64,000 bases of DNA from IMG/VR virus record IMGVR_UViG_3300027779_001649, positions 24,824 through 88,823 of that record, one strand, 5' to 3'. The translations under genes were made by a program, and so were the position numbers. The first letter of the stretch is position 1. Every line of letters starts with the position of its first letter. A model generated the notes under the pieces. The model was not told the origin of the DNA. It did no database searches and was given only the letters and a program-made list of their open reading frames with translations. This DNA comes from a virus. Positions 47,201-56,687 of the stretch are shown here, piece after piece.

Positions 47201-49486
47201 ATCATCACCAGCATTAGTAGAAGAACCATCGGTTCCGTTTAGAACTATATTTCCTAGGTCAGCATACCCATCCATCATTAAACGATAACCACGACCAATA
47301 CTATGACTACTGGTAACATCCTCTAGAGTACCTGTAATTCTTCCCAATGCCTGAGCGTTGGTAAATCCTGTGAACTCACCCAAAGAGATTTCACTTGCTT
47401 GATTTTCTAATTCAACATATTCATTAATAGAGTTAAATGGTCCCTCAATATTAATCTGATTAACATATGTTTCTAGGGCATTTGATATAAGAAAACCAGA
47501 GTTATCTTCTAATGCGAACTTCCCACCCTGATTGTCATAAATATTATTAATAGCTAAATATTTGGCTGGAGTTACTGTGCCAGGGAATTCTGCACGTTCC
47601 AATTCTAATGTTTGAGTAAAATCGGAACCTGTCATTTCTAATTGTGTTCTTACTCTATTCTCTACTAGAACCTCAAGATGTTTATTGGTACTATTATAAT
47701 AAACAACTTTACCAACATGACCTGTGCTTGTTAATGGTGAGCTGGGAGTAAATGTTCCTGTAACATTTTTTAGAACCATATGTGTATTCATTAAACCAAC
47801 AGGTTCCCCTGTATATTTAAAACCACCATCAAGAATTTTAACTTCTATTACTTTACCTATATCTGTGGACAATGCTTGTAGTGATACACCAGACCCTAAA
47901 CCTGTTTGACTTGTTACAGTTACAGTTGGTAGTTTGGAATAACCACTACCCTTGTTATTGAATCTCACCCTGTGTATGGAACCTTCTGTGTCAGCTGCAC
48001 CAACATCTAACATAAAACGATCATCATCACCGCCATACCTATCTAATTGCAAGACAGTTTGTTCTGTTATAAATCTATAATTCTCATCTAGAGATGAACC
48101 ATTGGTGGCATCAAATATTAAGTATGAACCCTCATTAGACTTTTCGGAATCTGTTCCTTCTAAAATAATATTAAGATGTTCTACAGAATGAACTGAGTCT
48201 GGTTCTAAAATTAGGTAATCATCATTCCCCACTGTATCTTCTAATAATAATGCACCATCTGTAACAGATATAAATCCTAATGCTTCTGCTACTGTATTAG
48301 CATCTCCACTGTCTTTTGTAAAGGTAACAACATCACCAACCCTATAACCTGCCCCAACCGCATCTATAGAAACTCCACTAACTTCGCCAGTACTTACTGC
48401 ACTGACTTCAGCTTCTGCCATATCATTACCAGTGTCAGATGTAATTCTAACACTGTCGGTAGGTTTATATTTTCCCCCACCAGATACAATTGTTGCAGTC
48501 GTTATAAAAGACCTAACCGTAAAGAACATCTCAACATCTTTAGTATTAGAATTTGCAGTAACAGTCTCTCCGATATCAAATGTTCCAAAGGTATTATCTT
48601 TATCAATTTCAAGTTCAGAAACACTTTCAATCCCTTGGAAGAAAACTATAGCATTAAGAACTACAGTTGTCGCACCAGATGTTTTACCTGTAATAGTTTG
48701 TCCTATAATATCTAGAGCATCAGAACTTGCCTGAGATTCAATTCTCATTATAGTAGGTTCTGTCCAGTTACCTTTAGAGGCACGTAACATAAATTTGTTA
48801 GGATAAACAATCTCAGCTTCTTCTGCAAACATTAATCTTAGAAAAAACTTATGACCTTCTGAAGTTCCCTTAGCTGCATACAAATCATTAATACTTTTAA
48901 CTAAGTCTCTTTTACTTGTACCACTCGCAAGGGATCTAGGAATAGCTTCTAGAAACTGATTAAACATCTCATCCAGAAAAATAGATGTGGTATTATCAGT
49001 GTTTGCAAATTCTAATAGTTGTTGAATGGTTTGGACAGGGTTTCCCCTATATTTCGTGATAGTGGCCTGAGCACCACTTGTCCCACCATCTACGATTTCA
49101 CCTTCTGCAAATTTTTGTTGGGAGGAAATAAATATTCTTGGTTGTACTGTATTCGTGAGGTCATCCACAAGAACCGTTGCGGTTGCTTTGGATATCCTAC
49201 CAGTAATAGTTTCCCCGACATCAAATTTACCAGTAGACCCTGTTCCTATTTCTGTATTAAATTTAACAGGGACATCACCTTCAGAAATTATAAAACTATC
49301 TGAAATAGTTTCCATTCTGAGACTGTCTATAACAACAGTAACTTGTAATTCACCAGCCTCTAAGAATTCATAGTATGACTTTAGAAAACTTACAAAGGTA
49401 GGATGTTCTGCTTGTACAAAGTCAGGTACTTGACCTTCAATCAGAGGTGATATTTTATCTGTTAACTTTCCATCAAAAGGAGCCAT
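44270..49486 (-). CDS. gp7: Baseplate wedge initiator gp7-like, expanded with acidic repeats
   Basis: QVPDFV...FLKSYYEFLE, LYAAKGT, LQDSYFYQDFSYEI, HPTGF; located between gp6 and gp8. Confidence 0.8.
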   Translation of the reverse strand: MAPFDGKLTDKISPLIEGQVPDFVQAEHPTFVSFLKSYYEFLEAGELQVTVVIDSLRMETISDSFIISEGDVPVKFNTEIGTGSTGKFDVGETITGRISKATATVLVDDLTNTVQPRIFISSQQKFAEGEIVDGGTSGAQATITKYRGNPVQTIQQLLEFANTDNTTSIFLDEMFNQFLEAIPRSLASGTSKRDLVKSINDLYAAKGTSEGHKFFLRLMFAEEAEIVYPNKFMLRASKGNWTEPTIMRIESQASSDALDIIGQTITGKTSGATTVVLNAIVFFQGIESVSELEIDKDNTFGTFDIGETVTANSNTKDVEMFFTVRSFITTATIVSGGGKYKPTDSVRITSDTGNDMAEAEVSAVSTGEVSGVSIDAVGAGYRVGDVVTFTKDSGDANTVAEALGFISVTDGALLLEDTVGNDDYLILEPDSVHSVEHLNIILEGTDSEKSNEGSYLIFDATNGSSLDENYRFITEQTVLQLDRYGGDDDRFMLDVGAADTEGSIHRVRFNNKGSGYSKLPTVTVTSQTGLGSGVSLQALSTDIGKVIEVKILDGGFKYTGEPVGLMNTHMVLKNVTGTFTPSSPLTSTGHVGKVVYYNSTNKHLEVLVENRVRTQLEMTGSDFTQTLELERAEFPGTVTPAKYLAINNIYDNQGGKFALEDNSGFLISNALETYVNQINIEGPFNSINEYVELENQASEISLGEFTGFTNAQALGRITGTLEDVTSSHSIGRGYRLMMDGYADLGNIVLNGTDGSSTNAGDDLIMEDNLGNPIVSQQSRFEGDMIVFENALMYPRGFLSRGDRLQLDGSSIQLHTSGGWINKDRVIGTLQATPDPILGYQRSVDDTEHFLLEDACADTTNNTQEYLLMENPHHKVVVDRTAVKIDEPDVFGRYVVDSSKTINHGSATISLDGSFSDVTRLMGENLEGFILEDSMNVTIGEGTYLTIDNDFIDGAINDIRIVMEGTDGNYPQADAGDFILAEDWGASIMQESGLNIGDYPDVTGDAFIDEGEDWSSTCFILLDGMDSSGSHAGSYLIEETAPDFVGGTITDNDGATATIVSSDTGTLTFGTDVISDKPGYYRNTDHHISDGVIKLQDSYFYQDFSYEIRLGQSVNLYMNELKKAIHPTGFAAFGRVTIATQVAASIQTPTATGVIDYTGDTDLFTPTLASMFDNIFQIQIPRRLSVGRWNEGEVFDKIGMESPYLFRMEDDTGYLTINESGDIIQQENSSDYIVLNGTDGSSTNAGDYIYSNVDNAGSFYLGELSDSSEHIIAEDYYHNVLMGTERSSAPSYNKELELLQKVKVTVNLPQAIYYAKAGGWTGGLPLIKDGYSSSHNMEMEDGSSGRIPTIVRDVILLDGVEQGSGAVADIGDYLVWEEETDPDYGTDLSIEDLQYRSNDDIVLEQSATFNDIVALEYATDTWVDVNTPNLLLLNGTDGSSSNANSRLLNQDDVNSYGDDLVLDGIDSSSTGAGAKIVSEDILNGEISINEIETAFTLALEGKGIGDSGSGGRILAESVDTSNEDGEVILESRFDVFLIEGDTWGRVMSESDGGMAQEDGESEGLGQNMIVENATTPQLGGIFKLESVALEAEDATGTVAPDINFQDSNLVHFTRPAVIRKEAVGRIALQDERQPVGLMQEGIGPQDSLVLDGTTGIGGNAGSKIEGETMIHIILEQHHPGFVLLNGTDGSSSNAGEYVDFEIGTRPPFDYTLQSDEFDATYDSTQTTYDTTQQTYDATV
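44276..48200 (-). repeat. Dispersed protein-level repeats (L-[ND]-G-T-D-G-S-S-x-N-A-G and phi-phi-phi-E-[DE]) plus C-terminal YDxTxxT repeats in gp7
   Basis: About ten copies in the translation; nucleotide copies near 44408, 45163, 45756 and 47212. Confidence 0.75.
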
Positions 49487-49497
49487 TTGTTATTACC

Positions 49498-51402
49498 CTA
49501 AAAACTATCTGTTTCAGGCGTAGAGGAATATGAAACATATTGAGCAGCTGCACCTGGCGTTCCCACCGCAACTGTATCAACCTCTCCTAAAATACTAGTA
49601 TTAATAAAATCAATTTCTAGAACTTGGTTTCTTACTGCAACAATATCCTTAGAAGAAGGTACAACCGCAATCCTTATCTTAGTAGAAGCTACACCATCTA
49701 CATCTTCTACAGCTGTTATAATTAATAAATTTACTTTTACATGACCACCAGTATAATCTACCGTTCCAGCTGCGTTGTCCATATATGTTCTTGTATTACC
49801 TATCAGATAATATCTACGCAAATTTCCGTTTCCGTCATCATCATAAAATTGTTTATTAACTGCATCCCCACTAACCTTAAATCCTGTAGATGCAATAACA
49901 CCACCATTAGCACTATTATGTCCCGCCACTGGATGGTAAAATTTGTTATTAAAATATAGATTATATCCTGTTCCAATATCTAGTGTAGGTTCAATAAATT
50001 TACCCATCGTAACATTTGTTATATTATTCAAAATAGAATTATCAACTTCATCTATTAACCCTGCTAATTCTGAGTGTCTAAACATCTTATTAAAATCTGT
50101 TAATGTATTTTTATTGTAACTTGTTAGAACAGCTTGCACATCTGTTTGTAATGTGGATCTATCTTTAGTGGTTAAACTAGAATTGAATTTAAACCTAACT
50201 CCCAGTATTAAGAAAGTAGTTTCTGGATCTATGATAACAGGAGTAATAGAAGCAACATTATAGTTTTTAAGATCTGTGACTAATTGTTCTTTCTGAGTTA
50301 TAGTTAAGTTATTTCCTGTAATAGACTTAATAGAAATAAATACTTTACCAAATTCCTGAGTTGATACAACTCCTAAACTAGAATCAAAGGAACCATCTTC
50401 TCCTCCAAACACTTGAACAGATTTGGTTTGGGGAAACAACTTCCGTGCATATAGTTGATAATCTCCAACAGTAACACATCTTCCCTGAGATGCATAATCT
50501 AAAGGTGCATTAAGTTTAATAGAGTTTATGGATTCTCTCTCACCACCACCCTTTGCACTATCTACAGTAGTGACTAGGATAGATGGTTCTCCATCAATTG
50601 CTCCTGTGGAACTAAATGTATGGGCACCATTTGCTAGGGCTTTATTTGTTGCAACAAATTCTAATAGTACAATGTTTGCATTTGAAATGGCTTTACTAAC
50701 TACACCATCACCAAAGTATACTTGGTATTTTCCAGATTCAACTTCTTGTAACCAGTAAACCAAACTCTCTGAATTTAATTGAGTGACATCAGTAGCTTTA
50801 ATGAATGTGGTTGTAGTCGTATCGGCAGAAGAGTTTTGAACAGAAACAGACAGGGTTCTTAAATCAATTCTATTATCATTAATAACAAACCTCTGATCAG
50901 CATCTGTTGAGTCTACAGTATATCTCTGTGTGACAAATGTTCCTTCGTAAACAAGTAAATTATCAAATACAATATCGGTTCCGTTCTTTGTCATAGTAGT
51001 ATCCGCAATAGTAACAAATTGATACGAATCATTATCTACTGTCGCACCGAATGTAGTACCTTTTGGTATTGTACGTGTAGAGTTTGATACATCAGATAAA
51101 GTTATGTCTAAAATTGCGGTAGGAGCTGTTACAGAAGTTGGTTCATAACCTAAAGTCTTTGCATGGGATACAACACTAGAACGTAAACTTGCACTATCCA
51201 AAAACATTTCGTTTGCAAGCATATTTGCATTGAACCCAAGGTAATGAGTATTATATGCTAGAACATCTAATAGTATATTCATCCCAGACCCTTCAAAGTT
51301 ATAGTCTGAGAATTCAGACTGTCCTCTAAGAAAAGTTTTTAAGTTATCCTTAACTTCATCAAAATCAAATTCTGTTACATCTAATCTTTTTAAATTGGCC
51401 AT
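49498..51402 (-). CDS. gp6: Baseplate wedge subunit
   Basis: DFDEVKDNLK, DYNFEGS, LAYNTHY, EMFLDSA, QGRCVTVGDY. Confidence 0.95.
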   Translation of the reverse strand: MANLKRLDVTEFDFDEVKDNLKTFLRGQSEFSDYNFEGSGMNILLDVLAYNTHYLGFNANMLANEMFLDSASLRSSVVSHAKTLGYEPTSVTAPTAILDITLSDVSNSTRTIPKGTTFGATVDNDSYQFVTIADTTMTKNGTDIVFDNLLVYEGTFVTQRYTVDSTDADQRFVINDNRIDLRTLSVSVQNSSADTTTTTFIKATDVTQLNSESLVYWLQEVESGKYQVYFGDGVVSKAISNANIVLLEFVATNKALANGAHTFSSTGAIDGEPSILVTTVDSAKGGGERESINSIKLNAPLDYASQGRCVTVGDYQLYARKLFPQTKSVQVFGGEDGSFDSSLGVVSTQEFGKVFISIKSITGNNLTITQKEQLVTDLKNYNVASITPVIIDPETTFLILGVRFKFNSSLTTKDRSTLQTDVQAVLTSYNKNTLTDFNKMFRHSELAGLIDEVDNSILNNITNVTMGKFIEPTLDIGTGYNLYFNNKFYHPVAGHNSANGGVIASTGFKVSGDAVNKQFYDDDGNGNLRRYYLIGNTRTYMDNAAGTVDYTGGHVKVNLLIITAVEDVDGVASTKIRIAVVPSSKDIVAVRNQVLEIDFINTSILGEVDTVAVGTPGAAAQYVSYSSTPETDSF

Positions 51403-51854
51403 TATCGTAATCTCTCTAAAAATACATCTACGGTTTGTAGTTCTGTAGGAGCATTCACTACATAAAATTCTATAGTCATTTCATAAATATTACGATCTAA
51501 GTCCGGCCGTGCTTTCACTCCAATAAGTCTTGCTCTTGGTTCATAATTCTCAATAACATCCTGTACCTTTTTACTAAGGATAATAGATGTAAGAGGAGTC
51601 ATGTTCTCAAATAACATTTCTCTAACACCAGAACCAATTTCTGGATGAAAGGGTTTTTCATAATGGTTTAGTAATACTAGGTTACGAACAGACCTTTTAA
51701 CAGCCTGTACATCCGTGACTTTATTAATATCTTTAGTTGAAGGCTTCTTCTGAAAAAATAAATCTAAATCCGCTATGTTACGAGCATTGCGAGCTGAGTT
51801 ATTCTGTGACTGAGCATCTATAAATGCAGCTTCATTAGTCGGATTTGCAACCAT
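51402..51854 (-). CDS. gp25: Baseplate wedge subunit
   Basis: AVKRSVRNLV, EKPFHPEIGS, IENYEPR. Confidence 0.93.
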   Translation of the reverse strand: MVANPTNEAAFIDAQSQNNSARNARNIADLDLFFQKKPSTKDINKVTDVQAVKRSVRNLVLLNHYEKPFHPEIGSGVREMLFENMTPLTSIILSKKVQDVIENYEPRARLIGVKARPDLDRNIYEMTIEFYVVNAPTELQTVDVFLERLR

Positions 51855-51874
51855 TAATTAAACTCCTACTTAGT

Positions 51875-51882
51875 TATTTATA
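51875..51882 (-). promoter_or_regulatory. Late promoter TATAAATA upstream of gp25
   Basis: Exact consensus, intergenic. Confidence 0.8.
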
Positions 51883-51884
51883 AG

Positions 51885-52136
51885 TTAATCATTCGTTTGT
51901 TTCATTCTAAATGGTTCAAATTTTCTCCAAATGTGATCTGCTGGCACCCGAATGAACGGTTTAGCAGTTTCAGACTTAATAGGATTAGGAATAGTAAGGA
52001 ATACCTTCTTTCCTTTCATCCATGCTTTTAATTTATGATTTAGTTCTTGCATAGGAGTCCAACTTGTTCCCCTACCATTTACCACATTTCTTCGTTCACC
52101 TTTTGATGTATATTGTGTTCTTGATTTTTTTCCCAT
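51885..52136 (-). CDS. Small basic hypothetical protein
   Basis: YTSKGERRNV, LTIPNP..ETAKPFIRV; clean spacing. Confidence 0.65.
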   Translation of the reverse strand: MGKKSRTQYTSKGERRNVVNGRGTSWTPMQELNHKLKAWMKGKKVFLTIPNPIKSETAKPFIRVPADHIWRKFEPFRMKQTND

Positions 52137-52157
52137 AATTATTTCCTATTATATTGT

Positions 52158-53459
52158 TTAAGCTTTAGGGCCACGGGGTTCACCTACCCCTGGCACTGGT
52201 TTAGACCAATGTTTTTTTATCTCGTCATAGGCATCGTTCCCAGCCTTCGTGACTTTTGCAAATTCGGCTGTAGTTTTTTCAACTTCGGATTTCATATGTC
52301 TAAGAACTCCTTTGACTTCGGTTGGTTTCCATACCCAAAACAAGTCCTTGATTGCTTTGCGGCGATGCTTTTGCCATTTATTTGTATGTTTTATTTGTCC
52401 CCTTAACTTCTCCTGATAAGCGTCAGTAGGCTGAAACCAAACATAAGTTACCCCGTCCTTCTCTTCCGAAATATTTTCTGGATATTCTTTACTCATACCC
52501 TGACTAGCATCTAAAAGTTTTTTCTTCATAATTGATACAGATGTATCCGCAGACATAAAACTTTTTTCTAAATCTGCAATCAACATTTCCCCATTAGTAA
52601 GTTTAACCTTTTGATCTCCAACACCAGCTGGTTTAGTATTCGCATCAGACTTTTCTGGATTGGCTATAGCTTTATCGGCATCTACATTATTGAAGGCTTT
52701 ATTTTCACCGGCAATCTTTTCCTTCTTCTTTAACTGTGGGTGAGTTACACCTATCGCAGCCTTTATCTTTGCATCTGCTTCTCTTGCTAAGTCCAAAGTC
52801 TTTGCGTTAACTACTCCATCATTACCACCGAGATGTTGCACTATCTTGGACATATTACTTAATACTATTGGTCCTGCCGTTTTCAACATATTAGCAGCAC
52901 TTGCAAAGGCTTCGTTTAAGGATTTAGAAGGAACACTCAGAGTAGACTCAACTTCTACCAAAGACTCTTTAACGGGAGTAACAGGATTTTCGGGTTTTTC
53001 CTTTACCGCACCATCTGCACCTATCATCATATTAGGTACACCGCAATTACAACCAGTACCACCCCCTGCGATATTAGATTGTATACTTTTAAGTGCTGTA
53101 TCAAGAGAAGTCCCAGCAGCTTCTAATGCTTTACCAAACTTACTAGTCAGGTCTGCTTTCTTTAGATCATGAAGAATTTTTCCAGCAGCACTACTTTGAC
53201 TAATTCCTGATAGAGATTTTAATGACGATTGCAAATTAAGATCTACTGACGTAGGCATTTCTGGAGCAAGTTTTTTTATTTTCTGTTGTAAGTCTTTTAA
53301 ACCGACATCCATCTTCTCTTTTAGAACAGACGCATCCAACTCCAAACCAGCTTCAAGTTCTTTCATCAGTTCATTTTTTTTCTTCGCCATATCATTCAAT
53401 GCTGCGGAAGCACCACAGAGATTTGGAATATTAAACTCAGAGACTGAAGGTATACCCAT
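52158..53459 (-). CDS. Helical hypothetical protein downstream of PAAR
   Basis: 433 aa K/A-rich ORF abutting the PAAR gene. Confidence 0.65.
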   Translation of the reverse strand: MGIPSVSEFNIPNLCGASAALNDMAKKKNELMKELEAGLELDASVLKEKMDVGLKDLQQKIKKLAPEMPTSVDLNLQSSLKSLSGISQSSAAGKILHDLKKADLTSKFGKALEAAGTSLDTALKSIQSNIAGGGTGCNCGVPNMMIGADGAVKEKPENPVTPVKESLVEVESTLSVPSKSLNEAFASAANMLKTAGPIVLSNMSKIVQHLGGNDGVVNAKTLDLAREADAKIKAAIGVTHPQLKKKEKIAGENKAFNNVDADKAIANPEKSDANTKPAGVGDQKVKLTNGEMLIADLEKSFMSADTSVSIMKKKLLDASQGMSKEYPENISEEKDGVTYVWFQPTDAYQEKLRGQIKHTNKWQKHRRKAIKDLFWVWKPTEVKGVLRHMKSEVEKTTAEFAKVTKAGNDAYDEIKKHWSKPVPGVGEPRGPKA

Positions 53460-53461
53460 TA

Positions 53462-53737
53462 CTAATCTCCTACATTAACATTCGCAGAACCAGCTGCGGT
53501 TGGGGTGGACGGATGACCTGCTGAGTCACCTAATCCGGCATCGGGTGTATGATTTACAACAGCGATTCCTTTTATGAATACGTTTCTAGACCCAGCAACT
53601 AATGGCCCTGATCCATGAGTGTTAAGATTACCATGTACCGCAATAAGTTTAGTATTTGCAAATACATTAGTGTTTACGCTTACTACAGTGGTTGCACCAC
53701 ATGATCTTGCATCTCCATGTCTATGAACGGCGGCCAT
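53462..53737 (-). CDS. PAAR-like spike tip protein (gp5.4-like)
   Basis: AAVHRHGDARSCGA, GSRNVF, GSANVNVG; follows gp5. Confidence 0.85.
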   Translation of the reverse strand: MAAVHRHGDARSCGATTVVSVNTNVFANTKLIAVHGNLNTHGSGPLVAGSRNVFIKGIAVVNHTPDAGLGDSAGHPSTPTAAGSANVNVGD

Positions 53738-53745
53738 TGTTTCTC

Positions 53746-55143
53746 CTATGGGTTCAATTCAATATTAGCTGCACCAGAATCAATTGTAATATCAGCAGTC
53801 GCATCAATATTAATCGTTCCTGTAACATTAGTATCTTGGGCTGCGGAGAAGTTCTCTGTAACCAATCCAACAGAATCTATCGTCAATCCATCCGCTTCTG
53901 TTTTAATATGCATTGCCTTTGCAGATTTCATATTCAACTTATCCCCTGTCTTGAATGACATAATACCTGATACTGTCGTTAATGTTAAATTGACAGCACT
54001 CGTAATCTTTGCATCAATCATAGAGAATAGAGTATAGTTTGCATCAGTGTATATATCCACATTACCAACAATATTCCTATCTTCGTTACCACCAATAGTT
54101 TGTTTGTAATCTTTCGGACCTTCGGTAGCTGTACCTACTGCACCAATGTATGCGTTGTTGATATTTAGGGAGTGACTCCCACGGATTTCTTCTTCACGAT
54201 TACCCCCAGCTTCCCCGTAACCCACTTTGACCTGATGATTCTTTCCTATTTTCTCCGTATAGTTTCCTTCTACCTCCAGAACATAATCACCTTTAATCAA
54301 TTGTCTGCAATCCCCCTCAACCGTGATAGTGAGATTCCCTGCTTCCATCTCACCAGCATCGTTCTCCCGTTTGTGGATAAAGATATTACTGTCTCCAGCT
54401 ATGATCTCGTAATTATCATGGACAGTATGTAGAACCCTTGCACCGTCAGGATGCCATTCTTCAAAGGTTCCAATCCTATGTTGTCTATGCATCCGTTCTC
54501 CACCAACGGTATCATCAATTTCGGATACATGTCCTGATTCAGTTTCATGAACATGATTAAATGGATATAGAGTAGGAGCATTAGATTTTGCGTCCCTCTC
54601 ACTATAGCTAGTTCGTGGATCTGCTTCGGTAAGTGTTTGACTAGTTTCTTTTAGATGTGGTTTGGTGGCTTTGGGTATGGAGGTTTGTCTTATACTCCTT
54701 CTTAACTCTACAGAAGGATGTGACTCTGCAAGAGAACCTCTTCCTAGGCTATTAACATCATCCATACCTAATACGGATGGGTATATACCATCAGGATCAA
54801 AGAATCCTTTGTCTGAATCAGGTTCTACGGTATTATATCCTGGCAGGGTTCCCATGATTATGGGTTGTTGTTGTTCCTCTCCATCTTTAAAGAAACCGAT
54901 AACCTGTGAACCTTGAACTATGAAGTGTGGAGTCTCACCCAAACCTTGCATGGAAGAGGTAGTGGTAGGAGCCATAACATACGCCCAAGGAAGGGATTCC
55001 GTTGGTATCTTTGACAAATCGTCAGTGTGTATTCCTAGACAACGGACTCGTATACGACCCATTTTAAGGGGGTCTTCTCTATCCTCACAAACTCCTATAA
55101 ACCATTGGAATCCGTTTTGTCCCATAAAATGTGATTCAGGCAA
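53746..55143 (-). CDS. gp5: Baseplate hub/central spike (OB fold + beta-helix, no lysozyme domain)
   Basis: WFIGVCEDREDPLKMGRIRVR, LPWA, QPIIMGT, YPFNHVHETESGH; TTG start with AGGAG. Confidence 0.92.
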   Translation of the reverse strand: MPESHFMGQNGFQWFIGVCEDREDPLKMGRIRVRCLGIHTDDLSKIPTESLPWAYVMAPTTTSSMQGLGETPHFIVQGSQVIGFFKDGEEQQQPIIMGTLPGYNTVEPDSDKGFFDPDGIYPSVLGMDDVNSLGRGSLAESHPSVELRRSIRQTSIPKATKPHLKETSQTLTEADPRTSYSERDAKSNAPTLYPFNHVHETESGHVSEIDDTVGGERMHRQHRIGTFEEWHPDGARVLHTVHDNYEIIAGDSNIFIHKRENDAGEMEAGNLTITVEGDCRQLIKGDYVLEVEGNYTEKIGKNHQVKVGYGEAGGNREEEIRGSHSLNINNAYIGAVGTATEGPKDYKQTIGGNEDRNIVGNVDIYTDANYTLFSMIDAKITSAVNLTLTTVSGIMSFKTGDKLNMKSAKAMHIKTEADGLTIDSVGLVTENFSAAQDTNVTGTINIDATADITIDSGAANIELNP

Positions 55144-55170
55144 AGTAATCTCCTCATATACTGATGAAAG

Positions 55171-55178
55171 TATTTATA
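55171..55178 (-). promoter_or_regulatory. Late promoter TATAAATA upstream of gp5
   Basis: Exact consensus, intergenic. Confidence 0.8.
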
Positions 55179-55182
55179 AGGA

Positions 55183-55371
55183 TTACTTGGATAGATGTAA
55201 GTCTGTATCTCTTCCTAGAGATTTGGGAACATAATCTTCAATGATCAAATTAGTCTGTCCTTGAGCTTCAAGGTTTGCAAGTAGGTAATGTGCATCTTCT
55301 TCTGAGAGATGCTCTTCTATCACTTCCCGACTGACGACTCTATATTGTATTAGATTCGTTGGATTTATCAT
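55183..55371 (-). CDS. Small hypothetical protein
   Basis: Fills the gap; TCTAAATA at 55381-55388 upstream; C-terminal LGRDTDLH. Confidence 0.55.
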   Translation of the reverse strand: MINPTNLIQYRVVSREVIEEHLSEEDAHYLLANLEAQGQTNLIIEDYVPKSLGRDTDLHLSK

Positions 55372-55383
55372 GGTGATGGTTAT

Positions 55384-56037
55384 TTAGACAATCCTATGGT
55401 TCTGATGATTGTCTTTTTTCAATCCAATGTTCCCAGCAATCATGATTCTGTTGTGTTCACATGCTTGAATAGGGACATTATGTAGAATCCATGAAGGAAA
55501 TATGGTTAAACATCCTATTTTTGGGGTAATTTTATAATTATCAGTGGAAGGAAACTTTAAAGGAGCACATTTATCACAACAATCAACATAGAATACAAAA
55601 CTCCATAAAAAGGGCCAGTGTTCGTGTACCTTACTATAGTCTCCCTTATGATAATCCGCACCCCACATCTCAGTTACTTCCATGTCTACCTTATGGGGGT
55701 TATGTCTTTGTGCAAGGTCTAAGGCCTTGGAACCCAACCAATCAAAACAACTATGATCTTCACACACAGATTTAAATCTTGGATTATCCTTCTCCTTAGA
55801 GTATACACCAAAGAATTTATTAAGATAGAAGCTGGTCATAGCAGCTTGGACATTGGTTCGTCTTTTCTGGACATCACCATGCTCCAGTATAATTCTTTTC
55901 ATGTCATCTTGCCATTCAAGAAATTCCCGTTCATAGTTAATCGTAATAATAGGAAACTTATCAGTCATTTCCACTGAATTCATATTTTGACGAAGAACCG
56001 TATTGGATCTTATAAGTGACGAAAGTTTAGCTGTCAT
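55384..56037 (-). CDS. 2OG-Fe(II) oxygenase
   Basis: YSKVHEHWP, FPSWILHNV, RIMIAGN. Confidence 0.82.
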   Translation of the reverse strand: MTAKLSSLIRSNTVLRQNMNSVEMTDKFPIITINYEREFLEWQDDMKRIILEHGDVQKRRTNVQAAMTSFYLNKFFGVYSKEKDNPRFKSVCEDHSCFDWLGSKALDLAQRHNPHKVDMEVTEMWGADYHKGDYSKVHEHWPFLWSFVFYVDCCDKCAPLKFPSTDNYKITPKIGCLTIFPSWILHNVPIQACEHNRIMIAGNIGLKKDNHQNHRIV

Positions 56038-56648
56038 ACCACAACTCCATTACCCCAATTAGTATCTATGTTGCCTGCAATCTTGATTCTGGAATGGTGT
56101 TCACAGGTCTGTTCTGAAACATAGTGATTCAGCCATGCAGGAAATAGTAACAGTTGACCATTCTTAGGAAAGAACTGTCTATGCTCGTTCATCTGGTCAA
56201 ATATAAGGGGAGAGCACTGTTCACATGCGTCCACAGTGTACACATAGCCCCATGAGGAGGGCCAATGACTGTGAAGGGATGTATAATTACCCTTTTCATA
56301 GATAAGACCCCATGACTCCTTAATTTGCCAAGGAATGGGGTCAGGAGTCCCATCAGGGTTACTTCTACCGGCAAGGGGATGACGATTTGCGAGTGCTATT
56401 GCGAATTTTCCTAGTACATTGAAGTTAGGATATACTTCGTGCATATCCCAACGAGTACGATAGCATTTTGCTTGAGTAATCGCATCAAGTGACCCACTCG
56501 CCCGTATATCACTTTCAAAGTCCAGATCCATAAGTTCGGGTACGTGTTGTTCAATAATCGGAAACTTAATAGAGAACGAATACACAGAAGTCTTTCTTCG
56601 TATATTCTCGTTCTCTATTGAATCAGCTAATCCTTTAAGTGTAGTCAT
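56034..56648 (-). CDS. 2OG-Fe(II) oxygenase (tandem paralog)
   Basis: YTSLHSHWP, FPAWLNHYV, RIKIAGN. Confidence 0.82.
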   Translation of the reverse strand: MTTLKGLADSIENENIRRKTSVYSFSIKFPIIEQHVPELMDLDFESDIRASGSLDAITQAKCYRTRWDMHEVYPNFNVLGKFAIALANRHPLAGRSNPDGTPDPIPWQIKESWGLIYEKGNYTSLHSHWPSSWGYVYTVDACEQCSPLIFDQMNEHRQFFPKNGQLLLFPAWLNHYVSEQTCEHHSRIKIAGNIDTNWGNGVVV

Positions 56649-56687
56649 AATTCACAGACTCTTCACACGACCAAAATTGCGATTTTT

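Noticed and set aside
32831-54916. Numerous plus-strand ORFs antisense to structural genes
   Set aside because: Shadow ORFs arising from codon bias of G/S/T-rich minus-strand genes; no RBS or motifs
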